From the NCBI GenBank assembly GCA_002441305.1, contig DJVT01000009.1, positions 281,156-345,155 on the forward strand: 64,000 nt of DNA. Direction: 5' to 3'. The position numbers and the translations under genes are program-made. This document shows positions 1 to 12,441 of the stretch, in pieces; position 1 is the stretch's first letter; each line of letters starts with the position of its first letter. The DNA comes from Candidatus Omnitrophica bacterium UBA6249 (GTDB lineage: Bacteria; Omnitrophota; Gorgyraeia; Gygaellales; Profunditerraquicolaceae). The notes under the pieces were generated by a model. It searched no databases, was not told the origin of the DNA, and saw nothing but the letters and a program-made list of their open reading frames with translations.

Positions 1-3000
1 TCTTCGAAGGGGAAAAGGTCCTCTACGATCAGTTTGGGAGTGTCTTCCGTAAGGTTTAACGTGCCGCGAACATGGGCGATAGTATTAGGCATGATATAGC
101 GGCTTATGCGGGAGAACGCCCGCGGGAAAACCAGGGCTTCTATCGCCCCGTCCAGGTCTTCGAGTTTAAGTATGGCCATCTTTTCTTGTTTTGCCCGGGT
201 AAGCGTCTGTTTGATCTTGGCGATCAGCCCTACGATTTTTATCGTATCCTGGTCTTTATGCTCGTGCAGTGTCGCGGTAGAGCATGAGGCGAAACGCTTG
301 AGTTGTTTGGCGTAGCGTGCCAGCGGGTGCCCGCTTACATAGAAGCCGAGCATATCCTTTTCGAAGGCGAGCAGCTGGGGTTCCGGCCATTCCTTGCAAT
401 CTACGGTCTCCGCCGCCGAGAGCCTGGCGAAACCGTTTCCTCCTTTCGCCGGCTGGTCGAAAAACGAGAGCTGCCCGCTGGATTTTTCTTTTTGCGCCTT
501 CTGCGCGCGGTCCAGTGTGGTTTCCAGGCTGGCGAACATGCTCGCCCTCGAGGTCTTGAATGAATCCAGCGCGCCGCATTTGATCAGACTTTCCAGTACC
601 TTGCGGTTTGCCAGCCTGAGGTCTATGCGCGAACAGAGGTCCTGGAGCGAAGTGAATTTGGATTTCCGGCTGGAGCTTACGATAGACTCCGAGGCCCCTC
701 TCCCTACGTTTTTTACCGCCAGAAGGCCGAAACGTATGCTTGTCGGGTTTTCCACATTGAAAAGCACTTCGCTTTCATTTATATCGGGGGGCAGGACATT
801 GATCCCCATCTGCTGGGCTTCGTTTACGTACATGACGATTTTATCCGTATCGTCCCTTTCTGAGGTAAGCAGGGCGGTCATGAACTCTACGGGATAGTTT
901 GCCTTGAGGTAAGCGGTGCGGTATGATATCAGGGCGTAAGCCGTGGAGTGCGATTTGTTGAACCCGTACCCGGAAAAATACTCGATCAGGTCGAAGATTT
1001 TTGTTGCGGTCTGTACTTTTATGCCGTTTTTAAGGCAACCGTTTACAAAATTGACTCTTTGTTTTTCCATTACCTCGGGTATTTTTTTCCCCATTGCCTT
1101 GCGCAGTATATCGGCCTGGGCAAGGGAGAATCCCGCCAGCGCTGAGGCTATCTGCATTATCTGCTCCTGGTAGACCATGATGCCATACGTTTCCTTGAGT
1201 ATTGGTTCCAGCCTGGGGTGTTCGTATTTTATGGGCGTGAGCCCGTGCTTGCGCTTCATGAAGTCATCGAGCATTCCCGAGCCTATAGGGCCCGGCCTAT
1301 AGAGGGCGAGAAGCGCGATCAGGTCTTCGAAACGTTCCGGCATAAGTTTTTTCAGCAGGTCGCGCATGCCTGAACTTTCAACCTGGAACACGCCGATAGT
1401 CTGGCTTGAAGCGAGCAGCTGGTAGGTTTTAGGGTCGTCCAGGGGGAGGCTTTCTATATCTATGTCTATATTGCGGGTTTTTTTGATTATCTTGAGCGTT
1501 TCGCTTATTACGGTGAGGGTCTTTAAGCCGAGGAAATCAACCTTGAGCAGGCCGATTTTCTCGAGCATCCCCATGCTGTATCCGGTGGTGACCTGGTCAT
1601 CTCCGCTTTTGAACAGCGGGGTATAGTTTTCCAGCGGGATGTCGGAAATGATTACCCCTGCTGCGTGCACGGAGGCGTGGCGGTTAAGCCCTTCCAGGGG
1701 CATAGCCGTGTTTATGAGCTTGGTAATCTGGGGGTCGTTCTTGTAAAGGTTGTCTAATTCGGGTTCGCTTTCCAGGGCTCTTTTCAGCGTCATATCGAGT
1801 TCGGCCGGGATCATCTTGGCTATGCGGTCGACATCACCGTAAGAGAGGCCCATGACCCTCCCTACGTCCCTGATCACTCCTCGCGCCTGCATCGTACCGA
1901 AGGTTATGATCTGGGCGACATTTTCCCTGCCGTATTTACCTGTTACATAATCGATGATCTCCTGCCTTCTTTCGTAGCAGAAATCTATATCGATATCCGG
2001 CATCCCCATGCGTTCAGGGTTGAGGAACCTTTCGAAAAGCAGCCCGTATTTCAAAGGATTCAGGTCGGTAATCCCGAGGAGGAAGCTTACCAGGCTTCCT
2101 GCCGCCGAACCTCTTCCCGGCCCTACCGGTATGCCGAGTTTTTTGGCGTGCGAGATAAAATCGCAGACAATCAGGAAGTAGCTTATGAAACCCATATCCT
2201 TGATGATCTTGAGTTCGTGTTTAAGCCTGTCTTTCGCCTCTTGTGCGCCTGCCAGGTTTTTTTCCTCCATGCCTTTTTCGCAGAGTTCAAGCAGGTAGGC
2301 TTCTTTATCCTTGCCGTCCGGAGGGGTGAATTTCGGCAGGTGCAGCTGCTTGAAATTCAGTTCCAGGTTGCAGCGCCGGGCGATCTCCAGCGTATTGCTG
2401 ATCGCTTCCGGATAGTCGCGGAAGGCTTTTTTCATCTCTTCGGGGGATGTGAAATAGAACTCATCGGTCTGGAAACGCATGTGTTTCGGGTCGTCAAGGG
2501 TGGATTGGGTTTGAACGCAAAGCAGCGCTTCGTGCGCGGCGGCCCTGTCCTTGGTGGGATAGTGTACGTCATTTGTAGCTACCAGCGGCATAGCGAGTTC
2601 CCTGGCGATCTTTGCCAGGCCTTCGTTTACGATCTTCTGTTCCGGGATGGAGTTTGCCTGCATCTCTAGGTAAAAATTGCCTTTCCCGAATATGTTCTGG
2701 TAAGTGTCGGAGGCCTTAAGTGCGTCATTGAAGCGTTTTTGCTGCAGCAGCCCGGGGATTTCCCCTTTCAGGCAGGCGGAGAGCGCGATCAGCCCTTTGG
2801 AATACTGGGAAAGCACTTCTTTATCTACGCGAGGGCGGTAATAAAAACCCTCCAGATAACCTATGGACACCAGTTTCATCAGGTTATGGTAACCGGTTTC
2901 GTCGCGCGCAAGCAGGATGAGGTGGTTTGCCGCATCCTCTATCCCCGAACTTGTCTTGTTGTGCCTGCTTTGCGGGGCGACATATACCTCGCAGCCGATA

Positions 3001-3194
3001 ATCGGTTTGATTCCCGCTTTTTGCGCCTCGATATAGAATTCGATGGCCCCGAACATATTGCCATGGTCGGTTATGGCCAGGGAATCCATCTTGTAGTTTT
3101 TGGCTATAGAAAGTATCTCCGGTATGCGGCAGGCCCCGTCAAGAAGGCTGTATTGAGTGTGCAGGTGTAGATGGATGAAATCGGAATGAGGCAT
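1..3194 (-). CDS. dnaE: DNA polymerase III alpha subunit, C-terminal part cut by window start
   Basis: Not in ORF track because it runs off the window. Manual minus-strand translation from ATG (rc of 3192-3194) gives MPHSDFIHLHLHTQYSLLDGACRIPEIL, the PHP-domain N-terminus typical of DnaE. The frame is still open at position 1 (..TEDTPKLIVEDLFPFE). All plus-strand ORFs in 394-3674 are antisense to it. Confidence 0.85.
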   Translation of the reverse strand, partial: MPHSDFIHLHLHTQYSLLDGACRIPEILSIAKNYKMDSLAITDHGNMFGAIEFYIEAQKAGIKPIIGCEVYVAPQSRHNKTSSGIEDAANHLILLARDETGYHNLMKLVSIGYLEGFYYRPRVDKEVLSQYSKGLIALSACLKGEIPGLLQQKRFNDALKASDTYQNIFGKGNFYLEMQANSIPEQKIVNEGLAKIARELAMPLVATNDVHYPTKDRAAAHEALLCVQTQSTLDDPKHMRFQTDEFYFTSPEEMKKAFRDYPEAISNTLEIARRCNLELNFKQLHLPKFTPPDGKDKEAYLLELCEKGMEEKNLAGAQEAKDRLKHELKIIKDMGFISYFLIVCDFISHAKKLGIPVGPGRGSAAGSLVSFLLGITDLNPLKYGLLFERFLNPERMGMPDIDIDFCYERRQEIIDYVTGKYGRENVAQIITFGTMQARGVIRDVGRVMGLSYGDVDRIAKMIPAELDMTLKRALESEPELDNLYKNDPQITKLINTAMPLEGLNRHASVHAAGVIISDIPLENYTPLFKSGDDQVTTGYSMGMLEKIGLLKVDFLGLKTLTVISETLKIIKKTRNIDIDIESLPLDDPKTYQLLASSQTIGVFQVESSGMRDLLKKLMPERFEDLIALLALYRPGPIGSGMLDDFMKRKHGLTPIKYEHPRLEPILKETYGIMVYQEQIMQIASALAGFSLAQADILRKAMGKKIPEVMEKQRVNFVNGCLKNGIKVQTATKIFDLIEYFSGYGFNKSHSTAYALISYRTAYLKANYPVEFMTALLTSERDDTDKIVMYVNEAQQMGINVLPPDINESEVLFNVENPTSIRFGLLAVKNVGRGASESIVSSSRKSKFTSLQDLCSRIDLRLANRKVLESLIKCGALDSFKTSRASMFASLETTLDRAQKAQKEKSSGQLSFFDQPAKGGNGFARLSAAETVDCKEWPEPQLLAFEKDMLGFYVSGHPLARYAKQLKRFASCSTATLHEHKDQDTIKIVGLIAKIKQTLTRAKQEKMAILKLEDLDGAIEALVFPRAFSRISRYIMPNTIAHVRGTLNLTEDTPKLIVEDLFPFE

Positions 3195-3221
3195 CTTTTA
3201 TACCAGGATTTAAAAAAAGGC

Positions 3222-4763
3222 TTATTCCCATTCGATGGTAGCCGGAGGCTTGGAACTGATATCGTAAACTACCCGGTTTATGCCCTTCACTTCGTTTATG
3301 ATGCGGTTGGATATCCTGTCCATTACCTCATAGGGAAGCTTTACCCAGTCTGCGGTCATGCCGTCGAAGCTGGATACGCAGCGGACGGCAACGGCGTTTT
3401 CGTAAGTGCGTTCATCTCCCATAATCCCTACGCTTTTTACGGGGAGCAACACGGCGAAGGACTGCCAGATTTCACCGTAGAGCCCTGCCCTGATTATTTC
3501 CTCGAGCACTCTCTTGTCCGCTTCGCGCAGGAGGTTAAGACGTTCTTCGGTGACTTCCCCGATAATCCTTACCGCCAGCCCGGGTCCCGGGAAAGGCTGC
3601 CTTTGGATTATATTCTCCGGGAGGTTCAACTGTCTTCCTATCTCCCGGGCTTCGTCCTTGAATATCTCCCTTAAGGGTTCCACGAGCTTAAGGCTCATCT
3701 TAGCCGGCAGACCGCCTACATTATGATGGCTTTTGATTTTCCTGCTCGGCCCGCCTGACGGGGATACGGATTCTATCACGTCCGGGTATAATGTACCCTG
3801 CCCCAGATATTTGGCCCCTTTGGTTTTTTTTGCTTCTTCTTCGAATACTTTGACAAATTCATCCCCGATGATCTTGCGTTTTTCCTCCGGGTCGGTAACA
3901 CCTTTAAGCCGTTCAAGGAAGCGCCTGCTCCTGTCCACGTAAGTCAGGTTAAGATGGTACATGTCCTTGAAGACGCTTTTTACCTGTTCCGCCTCTCCTT
4001 TACGCAAAAGTCCGTTGTTGATGAATATACAGCGCAGATTCCTGTTTATCGCCTTATGGATGAGGAGCGCGGCGACCGAAGAGTCCACTCCGCCGCTTAA
4101 GCCGAGCACCACTTTGTCCTTGCCGACCATCTTTTTTACGCCTTCTATCGATTCTTTGATAAAAGACTGCATATTCCATCTGTTTAGCGCCCCGCATATT
4201 TTAAAAAGAAAATTACTCAGTATCTGGTTCCCTTTTTCCGTATGCGTAACTTCCGGGTGGAACTGCACCGCAAAAATTTTTCGTTTCTGGTTGGATATCG
4301 CCGCGATCGGGGAGTTGGCGGTATGCGCGCTTCCATGGAACCCCTGGGGCATTTTTGTCACGAAATCACCGTGGCTTGCCCAGCAGGTAAAATTACCCGG
4401 CATACGGCTGAAAAGATCGCGGTTGTCGTCAATAAAAAGCTCGGCCCTGCCGAACTCGCGTTCACGGGTATGTTTTACTTTTCCTCCCAGCATTTCACAG
4501 ATAACCTGCATGCCGTAGCAGATTCCCAATATGGGGATTCCCAGCTTGAAGATATTCTTGTCCGGGTAAGGAGATTTCTTATCCACTACAGATGCCGGGC
4601 CTCCGGAAAAGATAAGCCCTTTCGGGTTCATCGCGGCTATTTCTTTTGCCGGGGTGTTGTAAGGGATTATTCTCGAAAAGACCTTGTTTTCCCTGACCCT
4701 GCGGGCGATTAGTTGGGTATATTGAGAACCGAAATCCAGTATTAGTATTGTCTGCCTTGTCAT
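3222..4763 (-). CDS. guaA: GMP synthase (glutamine-hydrolysing)
   Basis: 513 aa. N-terminal class-I glutamine amidotransferase ([20 protein letters not shown]), ATP-PPase SGGVDSSV motif, C-terminal dimerisation domain. ATG at 4761-4763 preceded by a GAGGTG RBS. Confidence 0.95.
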   Translation of the reverse strand: MTRQTILILDFGSQYTQLIARRVRENKVFSRIIPYNTPAKEIAAMNPKGLIFSGGPASVVDKKSPYPDKNIFKLGIPILGICYGMQVICEMLGGKVKHTREREFGRAELFIDDNRDLFSRMPGNFTCWASHGDFVTKMPQGFHGSAHTANSPIAAISNQKRKIFAVQFHPEVTHTEKGNQILSNFLFKICGALNRWNMQSFIKESIEGVKKMVGKDKVVLGLSGGVDSSVAALLIHKAINRNLRCIFINNGLLRKGEAEQVKSVFKDMYHLNLTYVDRSRRFLERLKGVTDPEEKRKIIGDEFVKVFEEEAKKTKGAKYLGQGTLYPDVIESVSPSGGPSRKIKSHHNVGGLPAKMSLKLVEPLREIFKDEAREIGRQLNLPENIIQRQPFPGPGLAVRIIGEVTEERLNLLREADKRVLEEIIRAGLYGEIWQSFAVLLPVKSVGIMGDERTYENAVAVRCVSSFDGMTADWVKLPYEVMDRISNRIINEVKGINRVVYDISSKPPATIEWE

Positions 4764-4784
4764 TTAGGCACCTCTTGAATTATT

Positions 4785-5945
4785 TTATTTTCCCATGCCC
4801 ACTTTTTGTCCTACCTGGAAAATTTTCCCTTCCGTCTGTATGGAAGGCGCGATGATAATCTCCACATCATGCATTTCCCTCAAGGTAGAAGCGCCGAGCG
4901 AACCCATGGAGGTCTTTAATGCCCCCAGGATATTTTGCGATCCATCATCGACTCTTGCCGGTCCGACCAGAATCTCTTTGAGCGAGCCGGTAGTCCCCAC
5001 TTGTATGCGCGTGCCGCGCGGTAAATTCACGTGGGATGTAGCCATGCCCCAGTGGAATCCCCTGCCCGGGGCTTCCGTGGCCCTGGCGAAACTAGATCCG
5101 ATCATTACCGAATCGGCCCCGCAGGCGAAGGCTTTGCATATGTCCCCGCCGCGGTTCATCCCCCCGTCGGTAATGATGGGTATATATTTGCCTGTACGCT
5201 TAAAATAAAAATCACGCGCCCCCGCCGCATCCACGGTAGCGGTAACCTGAGGCACCCCGATTCCCAATACCCCTCTTGTGGTGCAGGCGGCTCCCGGACC
5301 TACTCCGATAAGCAGCCCGCTTGCCCCCGTATCCATAAGCTCGAGAGTAGTCTCGTAAGTTACGCAGTTTCCTATGATAACGGGTATTTTGAGATTTTTG
5401 CAGAATTTTATCAAATTAAGGGTTTTGTATTGGGAAGAAACGTGTTTTATCGAAGTTACCGTGGATTGCACGATGAATACGTCTGCCCCGGCCGCGATAG
5501 CCAGTTTCGAAAAACGTTCCGCGTTCGCGGGGATACAGCTGACTATTGCCATGGCCTTGGCTTTTTTTATCTCGCCCACTCTTTTGGTAACAAGTTTTTC
5601 TTTTATGGGAGTGGTATAAACAGTCTGGATGAGCTCGGTTGCCTTTTGTGGGGTAGCTTTGGCTATTTCTTCGAGCACTTCATCGGGATTTTCGTAACGG
5701 GTCTGGATGCCGTCCAGGTTCAGCACTGCCAGGCCTCCCAGGCGGGACATCTCCACGGCGAATTTTACGTTCACTACGCCGTCCATTGCTGCGGCAAAAA
5801 TAGGTATTTTGAACTTTTTCCCCGCGAATTCGAAGCTCGTGTCTACTTCGTTTGGGTTAACGGTCAAGCTCCCGGGGACAAGGGCGATCTCATCGAAACC
5901 GTAGCATCTCCTTGCACGTCTTCCTATACCTATCCACTCTGCCAT
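4785..5945 (-). CDS. IMP dehydrogenase / GMP reductase family protein lacking CBS subdomain
   Basis: 386 aa TIM-barrel with catalytic Cys loop [11 protein letters not shown] and IMPDH-like N-terminus ([10 protein letters not shown]). No CBS pair. Immediately upstream of guaA; GAGGAGG RBS. Confidence 0.7.
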   Translation of the reverse strand: MAEWIGIGRRARRCYGFDEIALVPGSLTVNPNEVDTSFEFAGKKFKIPIFAAAMDGVVNVKFAVEMSRLGGLAVLNLDGIQTRYENPDEVLEEIAKATPQKATELIQTVYTTPIKEKLVTKRVGEIKKAKAMAIVSCIPANAERFSKLAIAAGADVFIVQSTVTSIKHVSSQYKTLNLIKFCKNLKIPVIIGNCVTYETTLELMDTGASGLLIGVGPGAACTTRGVLGIGVPQVTATVDAAGARDFYFKRTGKYIPIITDGGMNRGGDICKAFACGADSVMIGSSFARATEAPGRGFHWGMATSHVNLPRGTRIQVGTTGSLKEILVGPARVDDGSQNILGALKTSMGSLGASTLREMHDVEIIIAPSIQTEGKIFQVGQKVGMGK

Positions 5946-6036
5946 TTTAAAAGCCTCCTCATATTAAACTTATTGGTTTATCTCAGGTTACGGTATTTTG
6001 GCCTTTTATAGGGAAAAATCTGAAAAGGGATAGAAA

Positions 6037-6065
6037 ATTTTACACCGGAAGGGAGTTTTTGTCAA
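6037..6065 (-). promoter_or_regulatory. sigma70-like promoter (TTGACA-N17-TAAAAT) for the IMPDH-family/guaA/dnaE unit
   Basis: rc of 6060-6065 = TTGACA; rc of 6037-6042 = TAAAAT; 17-nt spacer; about 84-nt leader to ATG at 5945. Confidence 0.45.
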
Positions 6066-6092
6066 TATTTATTTTCCGCAAGGGCAGCGTTC

Positions 6093-6130
6093 AAACAAAA
6101 CGGCCGGTCTTAAGACCGGCCGTTTTGTTT
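6093..6130 (-). terminator. Intrinsic terminator after groEL (perfect 17-bp stem, TTAA loop)
   Basis: aaacaaaacggccggtc ttaa gaccggccgttttgttt at 6093-6130, 20 nt downstream of the groEL stop and upstream of the next promoter. Confidence 0.6.
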
Positions 6131-6150
6131 GTCTTTTGTTCAGGAGCGGA

Positions 6151-8134
<1,984 letters not shown>

Positions 8135-8170
8135 TGCAACACCTCCTTAATGTATGTTGGTTTGTTATTC

Positions 8171-8197
8171 TTAGCACTCTTTCCTTTAGAGTGCTAA
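8171..8197 (-). promoter_or_regulatory. CIRCE operator (HrcA binding site) TTAGCACTC-N9-GAGTGCTAA
   Basis: Perfect 9-9 inverted repeat ttagcactc tttccttta gagtgctaa at 8171-8197, directly downstream of the -10 box in the groES leader. Confidence 0.9.
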
Positions 8198-8224
8198 TTA
8201 TAGACAAAAAAATTTTGTTGTCAA
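8197..8224 (-). promoter_or_regulatory. Consensus sigma70 promoter TTGACA-N16-TATAAT of groES-groEL
   Basis: rc of 8219-8224 = TTGACA; rc of 8197-8202 = TATAAT; 16-nt spacer. The last T of the -10 box is the first T of CIRCE. Confidence 0.75.
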
Positions 8225-8234
8225 GAGTTTTTTA

Positions 8235-8867
8235 TCAAATCCTGAACCATTTCTTTCTTGCTTCGGGGGAAATTTCATTTACTATCCCTTCCATTTTGCA
8301 GTTTTCCCCTGTAAGGGAAAACTCGTCATTTTTATAGACAAAGTCAAGGGTATAAAAGCTGGTGACTGTGTAATAATAAAGCTTTGAATCGCTGATATTC
8401 GGATGATGGTATTTTTCGGCGTAAAGATCTTCTTTGACTTCCACCGTGGCCTTGTAGGGCGAGGTCATCGAATCGGTCTTGATCACGTCGCTGTCCAGGA
8501 CGGTGTATTTATAGCCGCGCAGATAATAATCGTAGCGCACCGGAGTGATCATGTATGTCCGCGCCTGCTTATCCCAGTCCTGTTCGATAAAAGTGCCTAA
8601 TTCGCCGTCCCTTTTCTTCTCGGCGGAGTCAAGCCAGTTTTCCGTAGCCTGCCCGAGGCGGAAGTTAAGCTGGGCGGTTAATTCATCTTGTTCGTTTTGT
8701 CTTTGCGCCTCGTAATTTTTCAGGGCCTGTTCGATTGCGGTTTTTGCCCCCCGGGTGCTATCGGTATCGTTATTTTCCTGGCAGAATGCCTGGCCGGGAG
8801 AAACCAGCAACCAGGCGGCGAGAATGAGGATAACCGGGTTAAGATCGATTTTTGCCGTAGTATTCAT
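8235..8867 (-). CDS. Hypothetical secreted protein (signal peptide, coiled N-region, Tyr-rich beta domain)
   Basis: 210 aa. N-terminal MNTTAKIDLNPVILILAAWLLVSPGQAFC looks like a Sec signal. No recognisable family. Overlaps coaX by 29 nt and sits immediately upstream of the groESL promoter. Confidence 0.5.
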   Translation of the reverse strand: MNTTAKIDLNPVILILAAWLLVSPGQAFCQENNDTDSTRGAKTAIEQALKNYEAQRQNEQDELTAQLNFRLGQATENWLDSAEKKRDGELGTFIEQDWDKQARTYMITPVRYDYYLRGYKYTVLDSDVIKTDSMTSPYKATVEVKEDLYAEKYHHPNISDSKLYYYTVTSFYTLDFVYKNDEFSLTGENCKMEGIVNEISPEARKKWFRI

Positions 8868-9591
8868 GGATAAAATTTATCCCTTTCAGGGTTAATTCTT
8901 CAATTATACTGACCGGGCAGGGAAAATATTTTTTGATCAGCGCCATCCCCCCGCCCGTTCCGATAACGCGTGTCCGGTTTCCCGTTTCTTTTTTTATCCT
9001 TCTGATAAGCCCGCCGCAGGCATCGGCAGCTCCCAGCACTGTCCCGCTTAACATGCAGCCTTCGGTGTCTCTTCCGATCAGCGAGCGCGGCCGGGAAAGT
9101 ACGGCATCCGGCAGCATGGCCGTACCGTTTTTTAATGAGGAAAGGGACATCCGTACCCCCGGTAAAATCATCCCCCCCAGGTATTCATTTTTACTCGAGA
9201 CTATGTCGAGAGTGATCGCTGTGCCTGCGTCTATTACTATCAGCGGCGGGCGATAAAGCAGGCTTGCTGCGTAAGCGTTGACCAGGCGGTCCTGGCCCAA
9301 GTTGGAACCTTTGCGGTAAAGACTCTTTAACGGTACGGCGATGTCGCTGCCTATGAGAAGCGGTTTTACCCCGGTAGCCCGGGATACCAGCCGAAATACC
9401 GTTTTTGCGCTTTTTGGGGCTACGCTGCATGCCATACAGGAGGAAACAGGCGGCAATGTTTTGAGCTTCTTATCCAGGGACGGCCCGAAACCGGGCGCCA
9501 GCGGTATATCGAAAAATGAAGCCGCTCGCCTGTTTTTCCCGAACAACCCGCAGGATATATTGGTGTTTCCTATGTCTACTGCCAGCAGCAT
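8839..9591 (-). CDS. coaX: Type III pantothenate kinase
   Basis: 250 aa. MLLAVDIGNTNISCGLF.., GQDR, IDAGTAITLD, GTGG motifs of the ASKHA-type PanK-III. Confidence 0.85.
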   Translation of the reverse strand: MLLAVDIGNTNISCGLFGKNRRAASFFDIPLAPGFGPSLDKKLKTLPPVSSCMACSVAPKSAKTVFRLVSRATGVKPLLIGSDIAVPLKSLYRKGSNLGQDRLVNAYAASLLYRPPLIVIDAGTAITLDIVSSKNEYLGGMILPGVRMSLSSLKNGTAMLPDAVLSRPRSLIGRDTEGCMLSGTVLGAADACGGLIRRIKKETGNRTRVIGTGGGMALIKKYFPCPVSIIEELTLKGINFIHEYYGKNRS

Positions 9592-9597
9592 AATTTT

Positions 9598-11574
9598 TCA
9601 GGTTTTTTGCCTGCCCGGAACGGAAAGTTTTTTTATTTTATCCCTTAATTCCGCAGCCTTTTCGAACAACAGGTTGCGCGCGGCAAGCTCCATTTCATAT
9701 TCTAACTCAGAAATATACTTATGCAACTGATATTCTTCTTTCGGCTCGCCGGTCAGCCCCTCGACAAACTCTTCGTTTTCCTCCAGCGTCTCTATGCCTT
9801 CCCTGATCGCTTTTTTGACCGAACGCGGGGTAATTTTATTTTTGCGGTTGAATTCAGCCTGGATCTTCCTCCTGCGGCCGCTCTCTTCGATCGCCTGCTT
9901 CATGGAGTCGGTGGTCGTATCGGCGTACATGATGATTTTCCCGTTGATATTGCGCGCCGCCCGGCCGCCTACCTGTATAAGGCTGGTAACCGACCTTAAA
10001 AAACCTTCTTTGTCCGCGTCCAATATGGCAACCAGGGATACCTCCGGCAGATCAAGCCCTTCGCGCAGAAGATTGATTCCCACGAGGCAGTCGAATTTCT
10101 TTTCCCGTAATTCCTTCAGTATTCTGGCGCGTTCGATAGTCTTGATTTCGGAATGCAGGTATTTTACCTTTATTCCTTTTTCGGCCAGGTAATTCGAGAG
10201 GTCTTCGGATGTCCTTTTGGTCAATGTGGTAACCAGCACCCTTTCCTGACGGGAAGCCCGCTTTTTTATTTCGCATATCAGGTCTTCAATCTGGCCCTGG
10301 GCAGGCCTTACGCTGATTTCGGGGTCAAGTATGCCCGTAGGGCGGATAACCTGTTCTATTATTTTCCCTCCGCTCAGGCGCAGCTCGTAATCATCCGGCG
10401 TAGCTGAAACGAATATTATCTTCCTGGCCAGCCGGTTGAATTCACTGAATTTCAAAGGACGGTTATCCAGGCATGAGGGAAGGCGGAACCCGTATTCCAC
10501 CAGGGTTTCTTTTCTCGCCCTGTCCCCGGCAAACATCGCTCTTATCTGCGGGACGGTAACATGCGATTCGTCGATGACTGTAAGGAATTCTCCTTTGAAA
10601 TAATCCATCATCGAGTAGGGGCGGCTTCCCGGGGGGAGGCCGCTCAGGTGGCGGGAATAGTTTTCTATGCCGTGGCAATAGCCTATTTCTTTAAGCATAT
10701 CCAGGTCGTAGTTTGTGCGCGACTGGAGGCGCTGGGCTTCAAGCAGTTTGTTTGCCTTGCGCAGGTATTCAAGACGGCCGTTCAATTCTTCCCTGATCGT
10801 CAGGGATGCTTTTTCTATCTTGTCGGTAGAAACGATAAAGTGCTTTGCCGGGTATAACGCCAGGCTTCCGGTTTCGCTTATGCTCTCTGCGGAGACGGGA
10901 TCGAAGAAGGATATCCGCTTAATCCTTTCTTCCTCCAATTCCACGCGTACGGCCTTTTCGCTGTAAGAAGGGAATATCTCCAGCACGTCCCCGCGCACCC
11001 GCAGCCTTCCCCTCTTGAATTCATAATCGTTGCGTTCGTATTGAATGCGCAGGAGCTCTTTTATCAGCTGTTCCCTCGGCATAAGCGCCCCTTTATCCAG
11101 GAAAAGCAAATGCCCTTCGTACTCCTGCGGCGAGCCGAGATTGTATATGCAGGATACCGAGGCTACCACGATTACATCGCGGCGGCTCATCAACGAGGTG
11201 GTCGCGCTCAACCTGAGCCGGTCAAGACGCTCGTTTATCGAGGAATCCTTTTCTATATAGGTGTCCGTGGACGGGACGTAGGCCTCCGGCTGGTAGTAAT
11301 CGTAGTAACTTACAAAATATTCTACCGCGTTGTGCGGAAAGAAATCTTTTAATTCGGAGTAAAGCTGAGCGGCAAGCGTTTTATTGTGGGATATGACCAG
11401 GGTCGGCATGTTTACCCTGGATATTACATTAGCCAGGGTAAATGTCTTCCCGCTTCCGGTAACCCCCAGGAGCACGTTATAAGGTTTTCCCGCAAGCAGG
11501 TTTTCGCTTAATTCGCGGATTGCCCTGGGCTGGTCTCCGCAGGGCTTGAATTTGGAAATTAGTTCGAACCCCAT
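9598..11574 (-). CDS. uvrB: Excinuclease ABC subunit B
   Basis: 658 aa. Walker A GVTGSGKTFT, YDYYQPEAY beta-hairpin motif, helicase motifs, C-terminal UVR domain (ELAARNLLFEKAAELRDKIKKL). Confidence 0.97.
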   Translation of the reverse strand: MGFELISKFKPCGDQPRAIRELSENLLAGKPYNVLLGVTGSGKTFTLANVISRVNMPTLVISHNKTLAAQLYSELKDFFPHNAVEYFVSYYDYYQPEAYVPSTDTYIEKDSSINERLDRLRLSATTSLMSRRDVIVVASVSCIYNLGSPQEYEGHLLFLDKGALMPREQLIKELLRIQYERNDYEFKRGRLRVRGDVLEIFPSYSEKAVRVELEEERIKRISFFDPVSAESISETGSLALYPAKHFIVSTDKIEKASLTIREELNGRLEYLRKANKLLEAQRLQSRTNYDLDMLKEIGYCHGIENYSRHLSGLPPGSRPYSMMDYFKGEFLTVIDESHVTVPQIRAMFAGDRARKETLVEYGFRLPSCLDNRPLKFSEFNRLARKIIFVSATPDDYELRLSGGKIIEQVIRPTGILDPEISVRPAQGQIEDLICEIKKRASRQERVLVTTLTKRTSEDLSNYLAEKGIKVKYLHSEIKTIERARILKELREKKFDCLVGINLLREGLDLPEVSLVAILDADKEGFLRSVTSLIQVGGRAARNINGKIIMYADTTTDSMKQAIEESGRRRKIQAEFNRKNKITPRSVKKAIREGIETLEENEEFVEGLTGEPKEEYQLHKYISELEYEMELAARNLLFEKAAELRDKIKKLSVPGRQKT

Positions 11575-11580
11575 GCGAAA

Positions 11581-12441
11581 CTAAACTATCTCCAGGCTGA
11601 TGTCGGCCGATTCAAGGGAATCCGTAAGTTCCCCCACCGAGATTATATCTACTCCTGTAGAAGCGTATTTCTTTATATTGCCGATATTTATTCCCCCCGA
11701 AGCCTCGAGCTGTACGGGCGATCCGGCGCGTATCCTTACCGCTTCTTTCATTTCTTTAAGCGTCATATTGTCAAGCATGATGACATCAGGTTCGTATTTG
11801 AGGGCTGTCCTGAATTCCTCCAGGTTCTGGACCTCTATTTCGACCTTGCAGCGCGCAGGTATTTTTTTCAGGAAAGGGTATATCTCGGATACCTTGAGGT
11901 GGTTATCTTTGACCAGCGCCATTTCGTCGAGCCTCATCCTGTGGTTGTATCCTCCCCCTATGCGCACGGCATATTTCTGCAGGAACCTTAATCCGGGTAT
12001 AGTCTTGCGGGTATCGGTGATTTTTGTCCTGTAGGGCTTGATTTCCCGCACGAAGCGGCTTGTTTTTGTAGCGACTCCCGAAAGCAGGGAGAGCAGGTTC
12101 AAGGCCACTCTTTCTGCGGCAAGTATGCTGGACGCTTTACCCTTAACCTCCGCTATGATTTTATTATTTCCGACCCTCTCCCCCTCTTTTGCCATCTTTT
12201 TGAACTCCAGGGAAGGATCTACCGCCTTGAATACTTTTTTGGCCGCATCGATGCCGCAAAGCAGGAAACTCTCCCTTGCTATTATCTCTGCCTTTGCTTT
12301 CTTCCCCGCGGGCACGACAGATTTGCTGGTAATGTCGCCCCTGCCGGTGTCCTCGGCTAAAGCCTTTTTGATCAGGGAGGCAAGCTCTTTTTGGTCAAGA
12401 GAAGGTTTTTCCCGGGAAGGGAAATATTTAACGCAGCCCAT
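11581..12441 (-). CDS. nadC: Nicotinate-nucleotide pyrophosphorylase (quinolinate phosphoribosyltransferase)
   Basis: 286 aa. ALAEDTGRGDITS.., MLDNM, GGI motifs of the QPRTase family. Confidence 0.85.
   Translation of the reverse strand: MGCVKYFPSREKPSLDQKELASLIKKALAEDTGRGDITSKSVVPAGKKAKAEIIARESFLLCGIDAAKKVFKAVDPSLEFKKMAKEGERVGNNKIIAEVKGKASSILAAERVALNLLSLLSGVATKTSRFVREIKPYRTKITDTRKTIPGLRFLQKYAVRIGGGYNHRMRLDEMALVKDNHLKVSEIYPFLKKIPARCKVEIEVQNLEEFRTALKYEPDVIMLDNMTLKEMKEAVRIRAGSPVQLEASGGINIGNIKKYASTGVDIISVGELTDSLESADISLEIV

Noticed and set aside
2148-3674. Three plus-strand ORFs of 143-173 aa
   Set aside because: Antisense shadows within dnaE (and its junction with guaA). Minus-strand translation gives a clean DnaE PHP domain.
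5031-6011. 326-aa plus-strand ORF
   Set aside because: Antisense to the IMPDH-family gene; no motifs.
5946-6036. Possible purine riboswitch in the about 84-nt leader of the IMPDH-family/guaA operon
   Set aside because: The leader lacks the conserved purine-aptamer three-way junction (no U-rich J1/J2 and no complementary P2/P3 loops resembling the consensus) and is too short. Treated as a plain 5' UTR.
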